This document shows positions 51,605 through 64,000 of a stretch of DNA of 64,000 bases, piece by piece. Positions within the stretch are counted from its first letter, which is position 1. Every line of letters starts with the position of its first letter. Source of the DNA: Malacoraja senta (taxonomy: Eukaryota). The translations under genes and the position numbers were made by a program. The notes beneath the pieces were generated by a model. That model worked only from the letters and a program-made list of their open reading frames with translations. It had not been told where the DNA came from and made no database searches. The stretch is from the NCBI GenBank assembly GCA_038087875.1, contig JAXLNO010005921.1, positions 124,001 through 188,000 of the forward strand, written 5' to 3'.

Positions 51605-53370
51605 GTGGATAGAGCCTGGATTGACACCTGGAAGTATGTTGTTGTGGCGATCAGTGACACATGGTTGCAGGAGGGCTGTGATTGGAAACTAAATATTCCA
51701 GGATTTCGTTGCTTCTGGTGTGATAGAATTGGAGGGTCAAGAGGTGGGGGTGTTGCATTGCTTGTCAAGGAAGATATTACAGCAGTGCTTTGGCAGGATA
51801 GAGTAGAGGGCTCGTCTAGGGAGGCTATTTGGGTGGAACTGAGAAATGGGAAAGGTGTAGCAACACATATAGGGGTGTATTATAGACTGCCTAATGGGGA
51901 GCGAGAATTGGAAGAGCAAATATGTAAGGAGATAGCAGATATTAGTAGTAAGCACAAGGTAGTGATTGTGGGAGATTTCAATTTTCCACACTTAGACTGG
52001 GAAACACTTACTGTAAAAGGGCTGGTTGGTTTGGAATTTGTAAAATGTGTGCAGGATAGTTTTTTGCAGCAATACATAGAGGTACCTACTAAAGAAGGGG
52101 CAGTGCTGGACCTCCTGTTAGGAAATGAGACAGGGCAGGTGGCGGAGGTGGGCGTTGGGGAGCACTTCGGGTCCAGTGATCACAATACCATTAGTTTCAA
52201 TATAATTATGGAGAGGATCAGAACTGGACCTAGGGTTAAAATTTTTGATTGGAGAAAGTCTAACTTTGAGGAGATGCGAAAGGATTTAAAAGGAGTGAAT
52301 TGGGACATGTTGTTTTATGGGAAGGATGTAGTAGAGAAATGGAGGACATTTAAAGGTGACATTTTAAGAATACAGAATCTTTATGTCCCTGTTCGGTTGA
52401 AAGGAAGTAGTAAAAATTGGAAAGAGCCATGGTTTTCAAGGGAAATTGGACACTTGGTTCGGAAAAAGAGAGAGATCTACAATAATTATTGCCAGCATGG
52501 AGTAAATGAGGTGCTTGAGGAGTATAAAGAATGTAAAAAGAATATTAAGAAATAAATTAGAAAAGCTAAAAGAAGATATGAGGTTGCTTTTGCAAGTAAG
52601 GTGAAAGTAAATCCAAAGGGTTTCTACAGCTATATTAATAGAAAAAGGATAATAAGGAATAAAATTGGTCCATTAGAGAGTCAGAGTGGACAGCTATCTG
52701 CAGAGGCAAAAGAGATGGGGGAGATATTGAACAATTTTTTTTCTTCGGTATTCACCAAGGAGAAGGATATGGAATTCTGTGAGTTAAGGGAAACAAGCAG
52801 AGTAGCAATGGAAACTATGAGATTCAAATAAGAGGAGGTGCGGACAGTTTTGAAAAATATGAAAATGGATAAGCCTCCAGGTCCTGACAGGATATTTTCT
52901 AGGGCAGTGAGGGAAGTTAGTGTAGAAATAGCAGGGGCTATGACAAAAATATTTCAAATGTCATTAGAAACGGGAATAGTGCCGGAGGATTGGCGTACAG
53001 CGCATGTTGTTCCGTTGTTTAAAAAGGGTTGTGAGAGTAAACCAAGCAATTATAGACCTGTTAGTTTGACGTCAGTGGTGGGCAAATTAATGGAAATGAT
53101 ACTTAGAGATAATATATATAAGCATCTGGATAAGCAGGGTCTGATTAGGAACAGTCAACATGGATTTGTGCCTGGAAGGTCATGTTTGACTAATCTTCTT
53201 GAATTTTTCGAAGAGGTTACTAGCGAAATTGATGAGGGTAAAGCAGTGGATGTTGTCTATATGGACTTCAGTAAGGCCTTTGACAAGGTTCCTCATGGAA
53301 GGTTGGTTAAGAAGATTCAATTGTTCGGTATTAATGGTGGAGTAGCAAGATGGATTCAACAGTGGCTGAA
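51605..53370 (+). mobile_element. CR1 ORF2 (APE endonuclease + RT N-part), interrupted by stops
   Basis: VGDFNFP, LDLLL, SDH; NYRPVSLTS...QHGF..GRSCLTNL...YMDFSKAFDKV. Confidence 0.93.
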
Positions 53371-53974
53371 TGCAATATGGGATGACTTTGGTGTAATGAC
53401 AAAACATTGTCCTCAATGAGAACTGTGCAATGGTCTTCTGATTTCTGCCAAAGCCATGGTCAACAGATTCACCTGTTGCAGGTGGACAGGAGAGGAGGAG
53501 GTCAAGTAGGTCAATCCCTTGTGTTGGCTCATTCTCTACCTGCTGTAGAAAGAGCCTGGTAGACACATCCTTCAGGGTTCGGCCATCTCAGTGAGTGGTC
53601 GTGTGACCAAGCCACTCCCAATGATGGATGCTGAGGTCCACACCCAGTGTACACTCTGTATTCCTGCTTCTTTTAATGTCATTCGAGATTTTGCTCAGCT
53701 GACCAATAATGGTGGGCATTCATTAGGACAGTGAAAGCTTCCCATGGTGTAATCTGTGGGCTCCTTCCCATGAAGAGGCAAGTGAGGAAACAGCATGTTC
53801 TTTCTCCTTTCACCAGGGCCAATCCTCTCCCCGGGAATGGTTCAGTTTATCCCAATGGGTGCAATGGAATTGCCAGCATGTTTAATGAACACAACCCTCT
53901 ATGGAGGTTTTTTCATCATGGTGCAAGTTCAATTCCAGATGGAATCTTTATTTGTGGTATAATTATATATCTGA

Positions 53975-54760
53975 ACCCATTTCTATTATCTAAATGGTGG
54001 ACGATTTGGAAAAGGGGAGATGCAGCGAGACCTGGGTGTCATGGTACACCAGTCATTGAAAGTAGGCATGCAGGTGCAGCAGGCAGTGAAGAAAGCGAAT
54101 GGTATGTTAGCTTTCATAGCAAAAGGATTTGAGTATAGGAGCAGGGAGGTTCTACTGCAGTTGTACAGGGTCTTGGTGAGACCACACCTGGAGTATTGCG
54201 TACAGTTTTGGTCTCCAAATCCGAGGAAGGACATTATAGCCATAGAGGGAGTGCAGAGAAGGTTCACCAGACTGATTCCTGGGATGTCAGGACTTTCATA
54301 TGAAGAAAGACTGGATAGACTCGGCTTGTACTCGCTAGAATTTAGGAGATTGAGAGGGGATCTTATAGAAACGTACAAAATTCTTATGGGGTTGGACAGG
54401 CTAGATGCAGGAAGATTGTTCCCGATGTTGGGAAAGTCCAGGACAAGGGGTCACAGCTTAAGGATAAGGGGGAAATCCTTTAAGACCGAGATGAGGAAAA
54501 ACTTTTTCACACAGAGAGTGGTGAATCTCTGGAACTCTCTGCCACAGAGGGTAGTTGAGGCCAGTTCATTGGCTATATTTAAGAGGGAGTTAGATGTGGC
54601 CCTTGTGGCTAAAGGGATCAGGGGGTATGGAGAGAAGGCAGGTACGGGATACTGAGTTGGATGATCAGCCATGATCATATTGAATGGCGGTGCAGGCTCG
54701 AAGGGCCGAATGGCCTACTCCTGCACCTATTTTCTATGTATCTATGTATCTATGTATCAA
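53975..54760 (+). mobile_element. CR1 3' fragment with (ctatgtat)n tail
   Basis: ORF 54020-54655 plus 3' UTR. Confidence 0.92.
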
Positions 54761-55234
54761 CACCAGTGGTGCCGGAAACCTGAGCTGGAGGGGGAGTGTC
54801 ATTTAGTTTGACAAGAGGCAGTGTCAGTTACTGTGCAGTGTGAGGGAACCTCAGCTTGTCCTGTGCTGGGCTCAAAGCCATGTCGCTGCTTCTCCAGAAT
54901 TCTACACAAGTTCCTCTGCAGAAGGTCAGTAAACTTCAGACATTATTCTTCATTGGTAATAGTGGATTAAATGAACGCGATTAAATGATTGAAATGTAGT
55001 TTGCAAAACTGATGTACTTCTTCAAATGTTATTGTGAAATGTGTTCTCCTATTACAATGATGGTGTCTTCACTAAAAAGGGAACAAATGTCATTGTTTTT
55101 GCTACATCCGACTGATTAAAATCTAAAATAGCGGTGTTTCTCTTGACTATTCAAATTCAGTTTATTCTTTCCAATGAATAAAGCTAATGTTATTATTGTT
55201 TCAAATGTTTCTATTTTTTTTCCAATGTTCAATA

Positions 55235-55980
55235 GATTCAGGATCAGTTCCTGTGGATTGGAGGGTAGCTAATGTTATCCCGCTTTTTAAGAAATGCGGG
55301 AGAGAGAAAACAGGGAATTATAGACCAGTTAGCCTGACATCGGTGGTGGGGTAGATGCTGGAGTCAATTATAAAAGATGAGATAGCCGCACATTTGGATA
55401 GCAGTAACAGGATCGGTCCGAGTCAGCATGGATTTACGAAGGGGAAATCATGCTTGACTAAATCTTCTGGAATCTTCTGGAGGATGTAACTAGGAAAATG
55501 GACAAGGGAGAGCCAGTGGATGTAGTGTACCTGGACTTTCAGAAAGCATTTGATAAGGTCCCACATAGGAGATTAGTGGGCAAAATTAGGGCACATGGTA
55601 TTGGGGTAGAGTGCTGACATGGATAGAGAAGTGGTTGGCAGACAGGAAACAAAGAGTAGGGATTAACGGGTCCCTTTCAGAATGGCAGTGAGTTGACTAG
55701 TGGGGTACCGCAAGGCTCGGTGCTGGGACCGCAGCTATTTACAATATACATCAATGATTTGGATGAAGGGATTCAAATTAACATTAGCAAATTTGCAGAT
55801 GACACAAAGCTGGGTGGCAGTGTGGACTGTGAGGAAGATGCTATGAGAATACAGGGTGACTTGGACAGGTTGGGGGAGTGGGCAGATGCATGGCAGATGA
55901 AGTTTAATGTGGATAAATGTGAGGTTATCCACTTTGGAGCAAAAACAGGAAGGCAGATTACTATCTAAATGGCGTCAAAT
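55235..55980 (+). mobile_element. CR1 RT fragment (left arm of inverted pair)
   Basis: [14 protein letters not shown]...FADDTKL. Confidence 0.9.
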
Positions 55981-57700
55981 TAACCTTGTAAACCTACGCT
56001 GCATTCCATCAATAGCAAGAATGTCCTTCCTCAAATGTGGAGACCAAAACTGCACACAATACTCCAGGTGTGGTCTCACTAGGGCTCTGTACAACTGCAG
56101 AAGGATCTCTTTGCTCCTATATTGAACTCCTCTTGTTATAAAGGCCAACATGCCATTTGCTTTCTTCACTGCCTGTTGTACCTACATGCTTACTTTCATA
56201 GACTGATGAACAAGGACCCCCAGATCCCGTTGTACTTCCCCTTTTCCCAACTTGACGCCATTTAGATAGTAATGTGCCTTGCTGTTTTTGCTACCAAAGT
56301 GGATAACCTCACATTTATCTGCATTAAACTTCATCTGCCATGCATCTGCCCACTCCCCCAACCTGTCCAAGTCACCCTGCATTCTCATAGCATCCTCCTC
56401 ACAGTTCACACTGCCACCCAGCTTTGTGTCATCTGCAAATTTGCTAATGTTACTTTGAATCTCTTCATCCAAATCATTGATGTATATTGTAAATAGCTGC
56501 GGTCCCAGCACCGAGCATTGCGGTACCCAACTAGTCACTGACTGCCATTCTGAAAGGGACCCGTTAATCCCTACTCTGTGTTTCCTGTCTGCCAAACACT
56601 TCTCTATCCATGTCAGCACTCTACCCCAATACCATGTGCCCTAATTTTGCCCACTAATCTCCTATGTGGGACCTTTTCAAATGCTTTCTGAAAGTCCAGG
56701 TACACTACATCCACTGGCTCTCCCATGTCCATTTTCTTCGTTACATCTTCAAAAAATTCCAGAAGATTAGTCAAGCATGATTTCCCCTTCGTAAATCCAT
56801 GCTGACTCGGACCGATCCTGTTACTGCTATCCAAATGTGAGGCTATTTCATCTTTCATAATTGACTCCAGCATCTTCCCCACCACCGATGTCAGGCTAAC
56901 TGGTCTATAATTCCCTGTTTTCTCTCTCCCGCCTTTCTTAAAAAGTGGGATAACATTAGCTACCCTCCAATCCACAGGAACTGATCCTGAGTCTATAGAA
57001 CATTGGAAAATTACCACCAATGCATCCACGATTTCTAGAGCCACTTCCTTAAGTACCCTGGGATGCAGACCATCAGGCCCTGGGGATTTATCAGCCTTCA
57101 GTCCCATCTGTCTATCCAACACCATTTCCTGCCTAATGTGGATTTCCTTCAGTTCCTCCGTCACCCCAGATCCTCTTGCCACTACTATATCAGGAAGATT
57201 GTTTGTGTCCTCCTTAGTGAAGACAGATCCAAAGTACCTGTTCAACTCATCTGCCATTTCCTTGTTCCCCATAATATAGTCACCTTTTTCAGTCTACAAG
57301 GGTCCAACTTTGGTCTTAACTAATTTTATCCTCTTCACATACCTAAAGAAGCTTTTACTATCCTGCTTTATATTCTTGGCTAGCTTACCCTTCGTACCTC
57401 ATCTTTTCTCCCCGTATTGTCTTTTTGGTTATCTTCTGTTGTTCTTTAAACATTACCCAATCCTCTTGCTTCCCGCTCATCTTTGCTACGTTGTACTTCT
57501 TCGCTTTAATTTTTATACTGTCCCTGACGTCCTTTGTCAGCCATGGTCTCATCCCTTTCTCCCCTTGGAATCTTTCTTCCTCCTAGGAATGAACTGATCC
57601 TGCACCTTCTGTATTATTCCTAGAAACACCTGCCATTTTTGTTCCACTGTCATCCCTGCTAGTGTATCTTTCCAGTCAATTTTGGCCGGCTCCTCCCAGT
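55981..57700 (-). mobile_element. CR1 ORF2 fragment (right arm of inverted pair)
   Basis: ORFs 56613-57272, 56182-56619 and 55975-56169. Confidence 0.92.
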
Positions 57701-58139
57701 CAGTTGAGCTAGTGTCCAAATATACACACAGATGCAGCAAAGAGTCATAGAGCTGTACAGCATGGAAATAGGCCCATTGGCCCAATGCATACATGCCAAC
57801 CAAGTTGTCTATCTGAGCCAGTCCCAACTGCCTGCACCTAACCCATGTCGGTCCATACATTTCCTATCCATAATATTGTGGATAAACAGAAAGACTGAGA
57901 ACTATAGGAATTGTGATTGATTCAGAAATATTGATAAAGATATCTGCGTCTTTGTGCACTAATCACTGAAAGCAGACATGTGATGCAGCCTGCAGTAAGT
58001 AGGCAAGTGATATTTGTTAGTCTTCTCTTCTGGAGTTTTTGAGCACAGTAACAAGATGTCTTGTTGCCATATTACAGGATATTCCTGCGACCACCCCTCG
58101 TGTGCTGTTTTGTTCTCCTTACCCATTAAGGATCAGATA

Positions 58140-61100
58140 GGCGATTCTGTGGACGCAGTCAGGAGACCCAGATGGTAGTTTGCCTCACTGGTGCCAGGGT
58201 CTGGGATGTGTCTGAACGTGTCCAAGATATCCTGAAATGGGAGGGAGAGGAGCCTGAGGTCATGGTACATATAGGTACCAATGACATAGGTAGAAAAAGA
58301 GAAGAGGTCCTGAAAGGAGAATCTAGGGAGTTAGGAAGAGAGTTAAGGAGAAGGACCGCAAAAGTAACAATCTCAGGATTACTGCCTGTGCCACGTGACA
58401 GTGAGAGTAGGAATCGACTGAGGTGGAGGATAAATTTGGGGCTGAGGGACTGGTGCAGAGGGCAGGGATTCAAGTTTCTGGATCATTGGGGCCACTTTTG
58501 GGGAAGGTGTGACCTGTACAAAAAGGATGGGTTGCACTTGAACCTGAGGGGAATCAATATCCTGGTGGCAAGATTTGCAAACGCTACTGGGGGGACTTTA
58601 AACTAGAACGGTTGGGGGGAGGGACTCAAATAGAGAAAGCTAGTAGACGGTGTGTGAGGCAGGAGGCAGAGAAGGGAAGCACTCAGACCCAACATGTAGG
58701 GAAGAAAGAAGAAAAAGATAATAAACAGAGAATAAGAGGTGGTGGGTTTCTTAAATGTGTATATTTTAATGCTAGGAGCATTGTAAGAAAGGTGGATGAG
58801 CTTAGAGCCTGGTTTGACACCTGGAAGTATGATGTTGCGGCGATTAGTCAAATCAAATCAAATCAACCTTTATTGTCATCTTGCAAGCAACAGTTGTACA
58901 GTGCAAAATGAAAAGACGTTTCCCAGGGAATACCGGAGCATCGCACATGAAATTTAAAACATTTCACACATAATAACACTTAAAAACTATCCAGTCCCTG
59001 ATGGAACAGTATAAATAGTTTAAAAAGTAGGTAAAAACAACGTTAAAATACAGTAAACCAATCATAAACATGTCCGGGGTGACTGATTTGAGTGGCCAGT
59101 GCCAGCTATTGAAGTGGCCAGTGTCAGTTATTAAAGTGTCCGTGCCAAGCCGCAGAATCAGGTGACTGTGAGTACAGAGTGGCTGTTTATCAGCCTCGCA
59201 GCATATGGCAGGAAGCTGTTTAGCATTCTTGTAGTCCGGGCTTTGATGCTGCGATATCTCTTGCCTGATGGCAGGAGATCCAGGTGTATGTGGAGGGGGT
59301 GCAGTTTGTCCTTAGCAATTCTCTGAGCTTTTTTCCGACAGCGGCTCTGGAACAGTTCTTGTACCGAGGGTAGGGAGACGCCAATGATCTTCTCTGCTCC
59401 CCTCATTACCCTCTGCAGAGCCTTCCTGTTCGAGCAGTTGCAGGTGGAGTACCACATATTTATGCAGTACGTGAGTACAGACTCCACCGTACCCCTGTAG
59501 AAAGTCCTGAGGATGTTGGTGGGGATTGAGGCCTGTTTTAGTTTCCTCAGGAAGTGCAGTCGCTGATGGGCCCGTTTGACGGTCCCAGTGGTGTTCCTGG
59601 ACCAGGTGAGGCTGTCTGTAATTTGCACCCCGAGGAACTAGTGAAACATGGTTGCAGGATGGCTGTGATTGGAAACTAAATATTCCAGAGATAAGAGGTG
59701 GAGGTGTTGCATTGCTTGTCAAGGAAGATATTACAGCAGTGCTTTGGCAGGATAGATTAGAGGGCTCGTCTAGGGAGGCTATTTGGGTGGAACTGAGAAA
59801 TGGGAAAGGTGTAGCAACACTTATAGGGGTGTATTATAGACCGCCTAATGGGGAGCGAGAATTGGAAGAGCAAATATGTAAGGAGATAGCAGATATTAGT
59901 AGTAAGCACAAGGTAGTGATTGTGGGAGATTTCAATTTTCCACACATAGACTGGGAAACACATTCTGTAAAAGGACTGGATGGTTTGGAGTTTGTAAAAT
60001 GTGTGCAGGATAGTTTTTTGCAGCAATACATAGAGGTACCTACTAGAGAAGGGGCAGTGCTGGATCTCCTGTTAGGAAATGAGACAAGTCAGTTGACAGA
60101 AGTATGTGTTGGGGAGCACTTCGAGTCCCGTGATCACAATGCCATTAGTTTCAATATAATTATGGAGAAGGTCAGAACTGGACCAAGGGTTGAGATTTTT
60201 GATTGGAGAAAGGCTAACTTTGAGGAGATGCGAAAGGGTTTAAAAGGAGTGAATTGGGACATTTTGTTTTATGGGAAGGATGTAGAAGAGAAATGGAGGA
60301 CATTTAAAGGTGAAATTTGAAGAGTACAGAATCTTTATGACCCGGTTCAGTTGAAAGCAAAGAGTAATAATTGGAAAGAGCCATGGTTTTCAAGGGAAAT
60401 TGGACATGGTTCGGAAAAAGAGAGAGATCTACAATATTTATAGGCAGCATGGAGTAAATGAGTTGCTTGAAGAGTATAAAGAATGTAAAAAGAATCTTAA
60501 GAGAGAAATTAGAAAAGCTGAAAGAAGATATTGAGGTTGCTTTGTGAAAGTAAATCCAAAGGGTTTCTACAGCTATATTAATAGCAAAAGTATAAGGAGG
60601 GATAAAATTGGTCCATTAGAGTGTCACAGTGGACAGCTATGTGCAGAGCCAAAAGAGATGGGGGAGATATTGAACAATTTCTTTTCTTCGGTATTCACCA
60701 AGCAGAAGGATATTGAATTATGTGAGGTAAGGGAAACAAGTAGAGTAGCTATGGAAACTATGAGATTCAAAGAAGAGGAAGTGCGGACACTTTTGAAAAA
60801 TATAAAAATGGATAAGTATCCAGGTCCGGACAGGATATTCCCTAGGACATTGAGGGAAGTTAGTGTAGAAATAGCAGGGGCTATGACAGAAATATTTCAA
60901 ATGTCATTAGAAACGGGAATGGTGCCGGAGGATTGGCGTACTGCGCATGTTGCTCCATTGTTTAAGAAGGGTTCTAAGAGTAAACCTAGCAATTATAGAC
61001 CTGTTAGTTTGACGTCAGTGGTGGGCAAATTAATGGAAAGGATACTTAGAGATAATATATATAATCATCTGGATAAACAGGGTCTGATTAGGAACAGCCC

Positions 61101-62370
61101 GCATGGATTTGTGCCTGGAAGGTCATGTTTGACTAATCTTCTTGAATTTTTTGAAGAGGTTACTAGGGAAATTGATGAGGGTAAAGCGGTGGATGTTGTC
61201 TATATGGACTTCAGTAAGGCCTTTGACAAGGTTCTACATGGAAGGTTGGTTAAGAATTGTTGGGTATTAATAGTGGAGTAGCAAGATGGATTCAACAGTG
61301 GCTGAATGGGAGATACCAGAGAGTAATGGTGGATACTGTTTGTCAGGTTGGAGGCCGGTGACTAGTGGGGTGCCTCAGGGATCTGTGTTGGATCCACTGT
61401 TGTTTGTCGTATACATCAATGATCTGGATGATGGTGTGGTAAATTGGATTAGTAAGTATGCAGATGATACTAAGATAGGTGGTGTTGTGGATAATGAAGT
61501 AGATTTTCAAAGTCTACAGAGAGATTTAGGCCATTTGGAAGAGTGGGCTGAAAGATGGCAGATGGAGTTTAATGCAGATAAGTGTGAGGTGCTACATCTT
61601 GGTAGGACAAATCAAAATAGGACGTACATGGTAAATGGTAGCGAATTGAGGAATGCAGTAGAACAGAGGGATCTAGGAATAACTGTGCATAGTTCCCTGA
61701 AGTTGGAATCTCATGTAGATACGGTGGTAAAGAAAGCTTTTGGTCTGCTGGCTTTTATAAATCAGAGCATTGAGTATAGAAGTTGGGATGTAATGTTAAA
61801 ATTGTACAAAGCATTGGTGAGGCCAATTCTGGAATATGGTGTACAATTTTGGTCGCCAAATTATAGGAAAGATGTCAACAAAATAGAGAGAGTACAGAGG
61901 AGATTTACTAGAATGTTGCCTGGGTTTCAGCACCTAAGTTACAGAGAAAGGTTGAACAAGATAGGTCTTTATTCTTTGGAGCGCAGAAGGTTAAGGGGGG
62001 ACTTGATAGAGGTCTTTAAAATGATGAGAGGGATAGACAGAGTTGACGTGGATAAGCTTTTTCCATTGGTAGTAGGGAAGATTCAAACAAGAGGACATGA
62101 TTTGAGAATTAAGGGACAAAAGTTAAGGGGAAACATGAGGGGGAACCTCTTTACTCAGAGAGTGGTAGCTGTGTGGAATGAGCTTCCAGTGGAAGTGATG
62201 GAGGCAGGTTCGATTTTATCATTTAAAAATAAATTGGATAGGTATATGGACGGGAAAGGAATGGAGGGTTATGGTCTGAGTACAGGTAGATGGGACTAGG
62301 TGAGAGTAAGTTTTCGGCACGGACTAGAAGGGCCGAGATGGCCTGTTTCCATGCTGTAATTGTTATATTA
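58140..62370 (+). mobile_element. Near full-length CR1 (ORF1 esterase + ORF2 APE-RT + 3' UTR), disrupted, with nested insertion
   Basis: ORF1 SGNH-type VHIGTND...DGLHLN. ORF2 YFNARS...VAAIS resumes after 59640 and continues through RT to the 3' end. Confidence 0.92.
58848..59640 (-). mobile_element. Rex1/Babar-like LINE 3' fragment nested in CR1
   Basis: KRAHQRLHFLRKL...FYRGTVESVLTYCINMWY...LLPSGKRYRSI; (tttga)n tail; tagt on both sides. Confidence 0.85.
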
Positions 62371-62874
62371 TATACCCAAGAAAGGGTTTTCCTGCCACAG
62401 AATGAATTCAGCCAAAGCTGACCAGACTGATTCTTGGAATGGCAGGGCTAACGTGTGAGGTGAGGAGGAGCCACTGGGCCAGTAGTCACTGGAGTTTGGA
62501 AGACATGAACGGGACCTCACTAAATCAGTCAAAATTCAGGCAGAGCGAGACAAACTCCATTTGTAAAGGATTTTATTCGGCGACTGGAGGATCTAGAACA
62601 AGGGGTCGCAGACTTAAGACCTGAAGGGCTGAGATGTGGAAAAATGTCTTCATTCTGAATATAGTGAGCCTTTAAAATTCACCCCACGGAAAAAATGGTG
62701 GATGACTAGTAAATGAATCCAGTTAAGTAGCGGATAGGTTTTTTCTTGACACAAATGGCATCAATGATTATAGGGAGAGAATTGTAATATGGGGTTGACA
62801 GAGAAGGTTGTGTTGAATGACGGAACGGGCTCAATGTGCCAAATAATCCACCTGCTCCTCTTTTGCATGTTTCA

Positions 62875-63885
62875 ATAAGTAAGTAAGTTTATTGGCCAAG
62901 TATTCACATACAAGGATTTTACCTTGGTGCTCCGCCCACAAGTAACAACATGACATACAGTGACAGTTACGAACGACTCAGAAAACACTAAACATTAATG
63001 ATAATAAAACATTAATGATAAAACACCATTGACCAAGCATGTGAACCAACAAAATACCAGATCAAAGGGAGGCTACAGATTTTTGGCTGTTGAGTAGAGC
63101 AACTACTCGTGGATAAAAATTGTTTTTATGTCTGGTTGTGGCAGCTTTGACAGCCCGGAGTCGCCTTCCAGAGGGAAGTGATTCAAAGAGTTTGTGGCCA
63201 GGATGAGAGGGGTCAGAGATGATCTTGCCCGCTCGCTTCCTGGCCCTTGCAGTGTACAGTTCATCAATGGAGGGAAGGTTGCAGCCAATAACCTTCTCTG
63301 TTGATCGGACGATTCGCTGCAGCCTCCAGGTGTCGTGCTTGGTGACTGAGCCAAACCAGACCATGATGGGGATGGTGAGGACAGACTCTACGATGGCCGT
63401 GTAGAATTGGACCATCATTGCCTGTGGCAGATTGTGCTTCCTCAGCTGCCATAGGAAGTCCATCCTCTGTTGTGCCTTTTTGACTGTGGAGTCGATGGTA
63501 GCCCCCCACTTAGGGTCCTTGGAGATGATGGTTCCCAGGAACTTAAAAGACTCCACAGATGTGACTGTGGTGTTGTTGATGGTGAGTGGGGTGAGGGGAG
63601 GGGGAGCTCTCCTAAAGTCTACAATAAATTCCACTGTCTTAAGAGCATTGAGCTCCAGGTTGTTGCGATGGCACCAGGATGCCAGCTGCATCACTTCCTG
63701 TCTGTAGGCAGATTCTTCCCCATCCTGAATCAGTCCAATCAGGGTTGTGTCGTCCGCAAACTTGAGAAGCTTGACAGAGGTGTCAGTGGAGGTGCAGTCA
63801 TTGGTGTAGAGAGAGTAGAGGAGAGGAGAGAGTACACAGCCTTGCGGTGCTCCTATGCTGAGCGTTTGCGGGTCCGAGATGTGCC
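62875..63885 (-). mobile_element. Rex1/Babar-like LINE RT/3' fragment
   Basis: GAPQGCVLSPLLYSLYTND...KFADDTT...KKAQQR...LPSGRRLR; (ttac)n tail. Confidence 0.88.
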
Positions 63886-64000
63886 CCATTATTACCTCTT
63901 TAATAATTGACTCCAGCATCTTTCCCACCAATGAAGTCAGGCTAACTGGTCTGTAATTCCCCACTTACTCTCTCGCTCCTTTCTTGAAAAGTGGGATGAA

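Noticed and set aside
63062-63964. 300-aa ORF as a single gene
   Set aside because: Chimera of a CR1 fragment (first about 26 aa) and a Rex1-like RT fragment.

Overview
Repeat-dense vertebrate genomic DNA, most likely from a cartilaginous fish (skate/ray); this is inferred from the CR1, V-SINE and Penelope-derived repeats. One host gene is well supported: a minus-strand non-classical MHC class I gene. I reconstructed four exons by hand: alpha1 47127-47387, alpha2 44060-44341, alpha3 42578-42853 and TM/cytoplasmic about 39356-39576. The three extracellular-domain exons have canonical phase-1 splice sites; the TM exon acceptor is ambiguous. The gene has lost most peptide-anchoring residues, has a hydrophobic groove and carries CD1-like motifs. 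The alpha3 exon has an in-frame TAG in the GFYP motif (missed by the ORF track), and the last tail codons come from a CR1 fragment. No leader exon was found. The rest is mainly transposon debris: CR1, Rex1/Babar, RTE, Vingi, Penelope, Gypsy, BEL/Pao, a near full-length Buster-type hAT, Tc1, Helitron, MITEs and SINEs, with one 131-N gap. Many short repeats carry a minimal hammerhead-ribozyme core. A few orphan exon- or promoter-like segments are reported at low confidence. Repeat boundaries are approximate unless termini are quoted.
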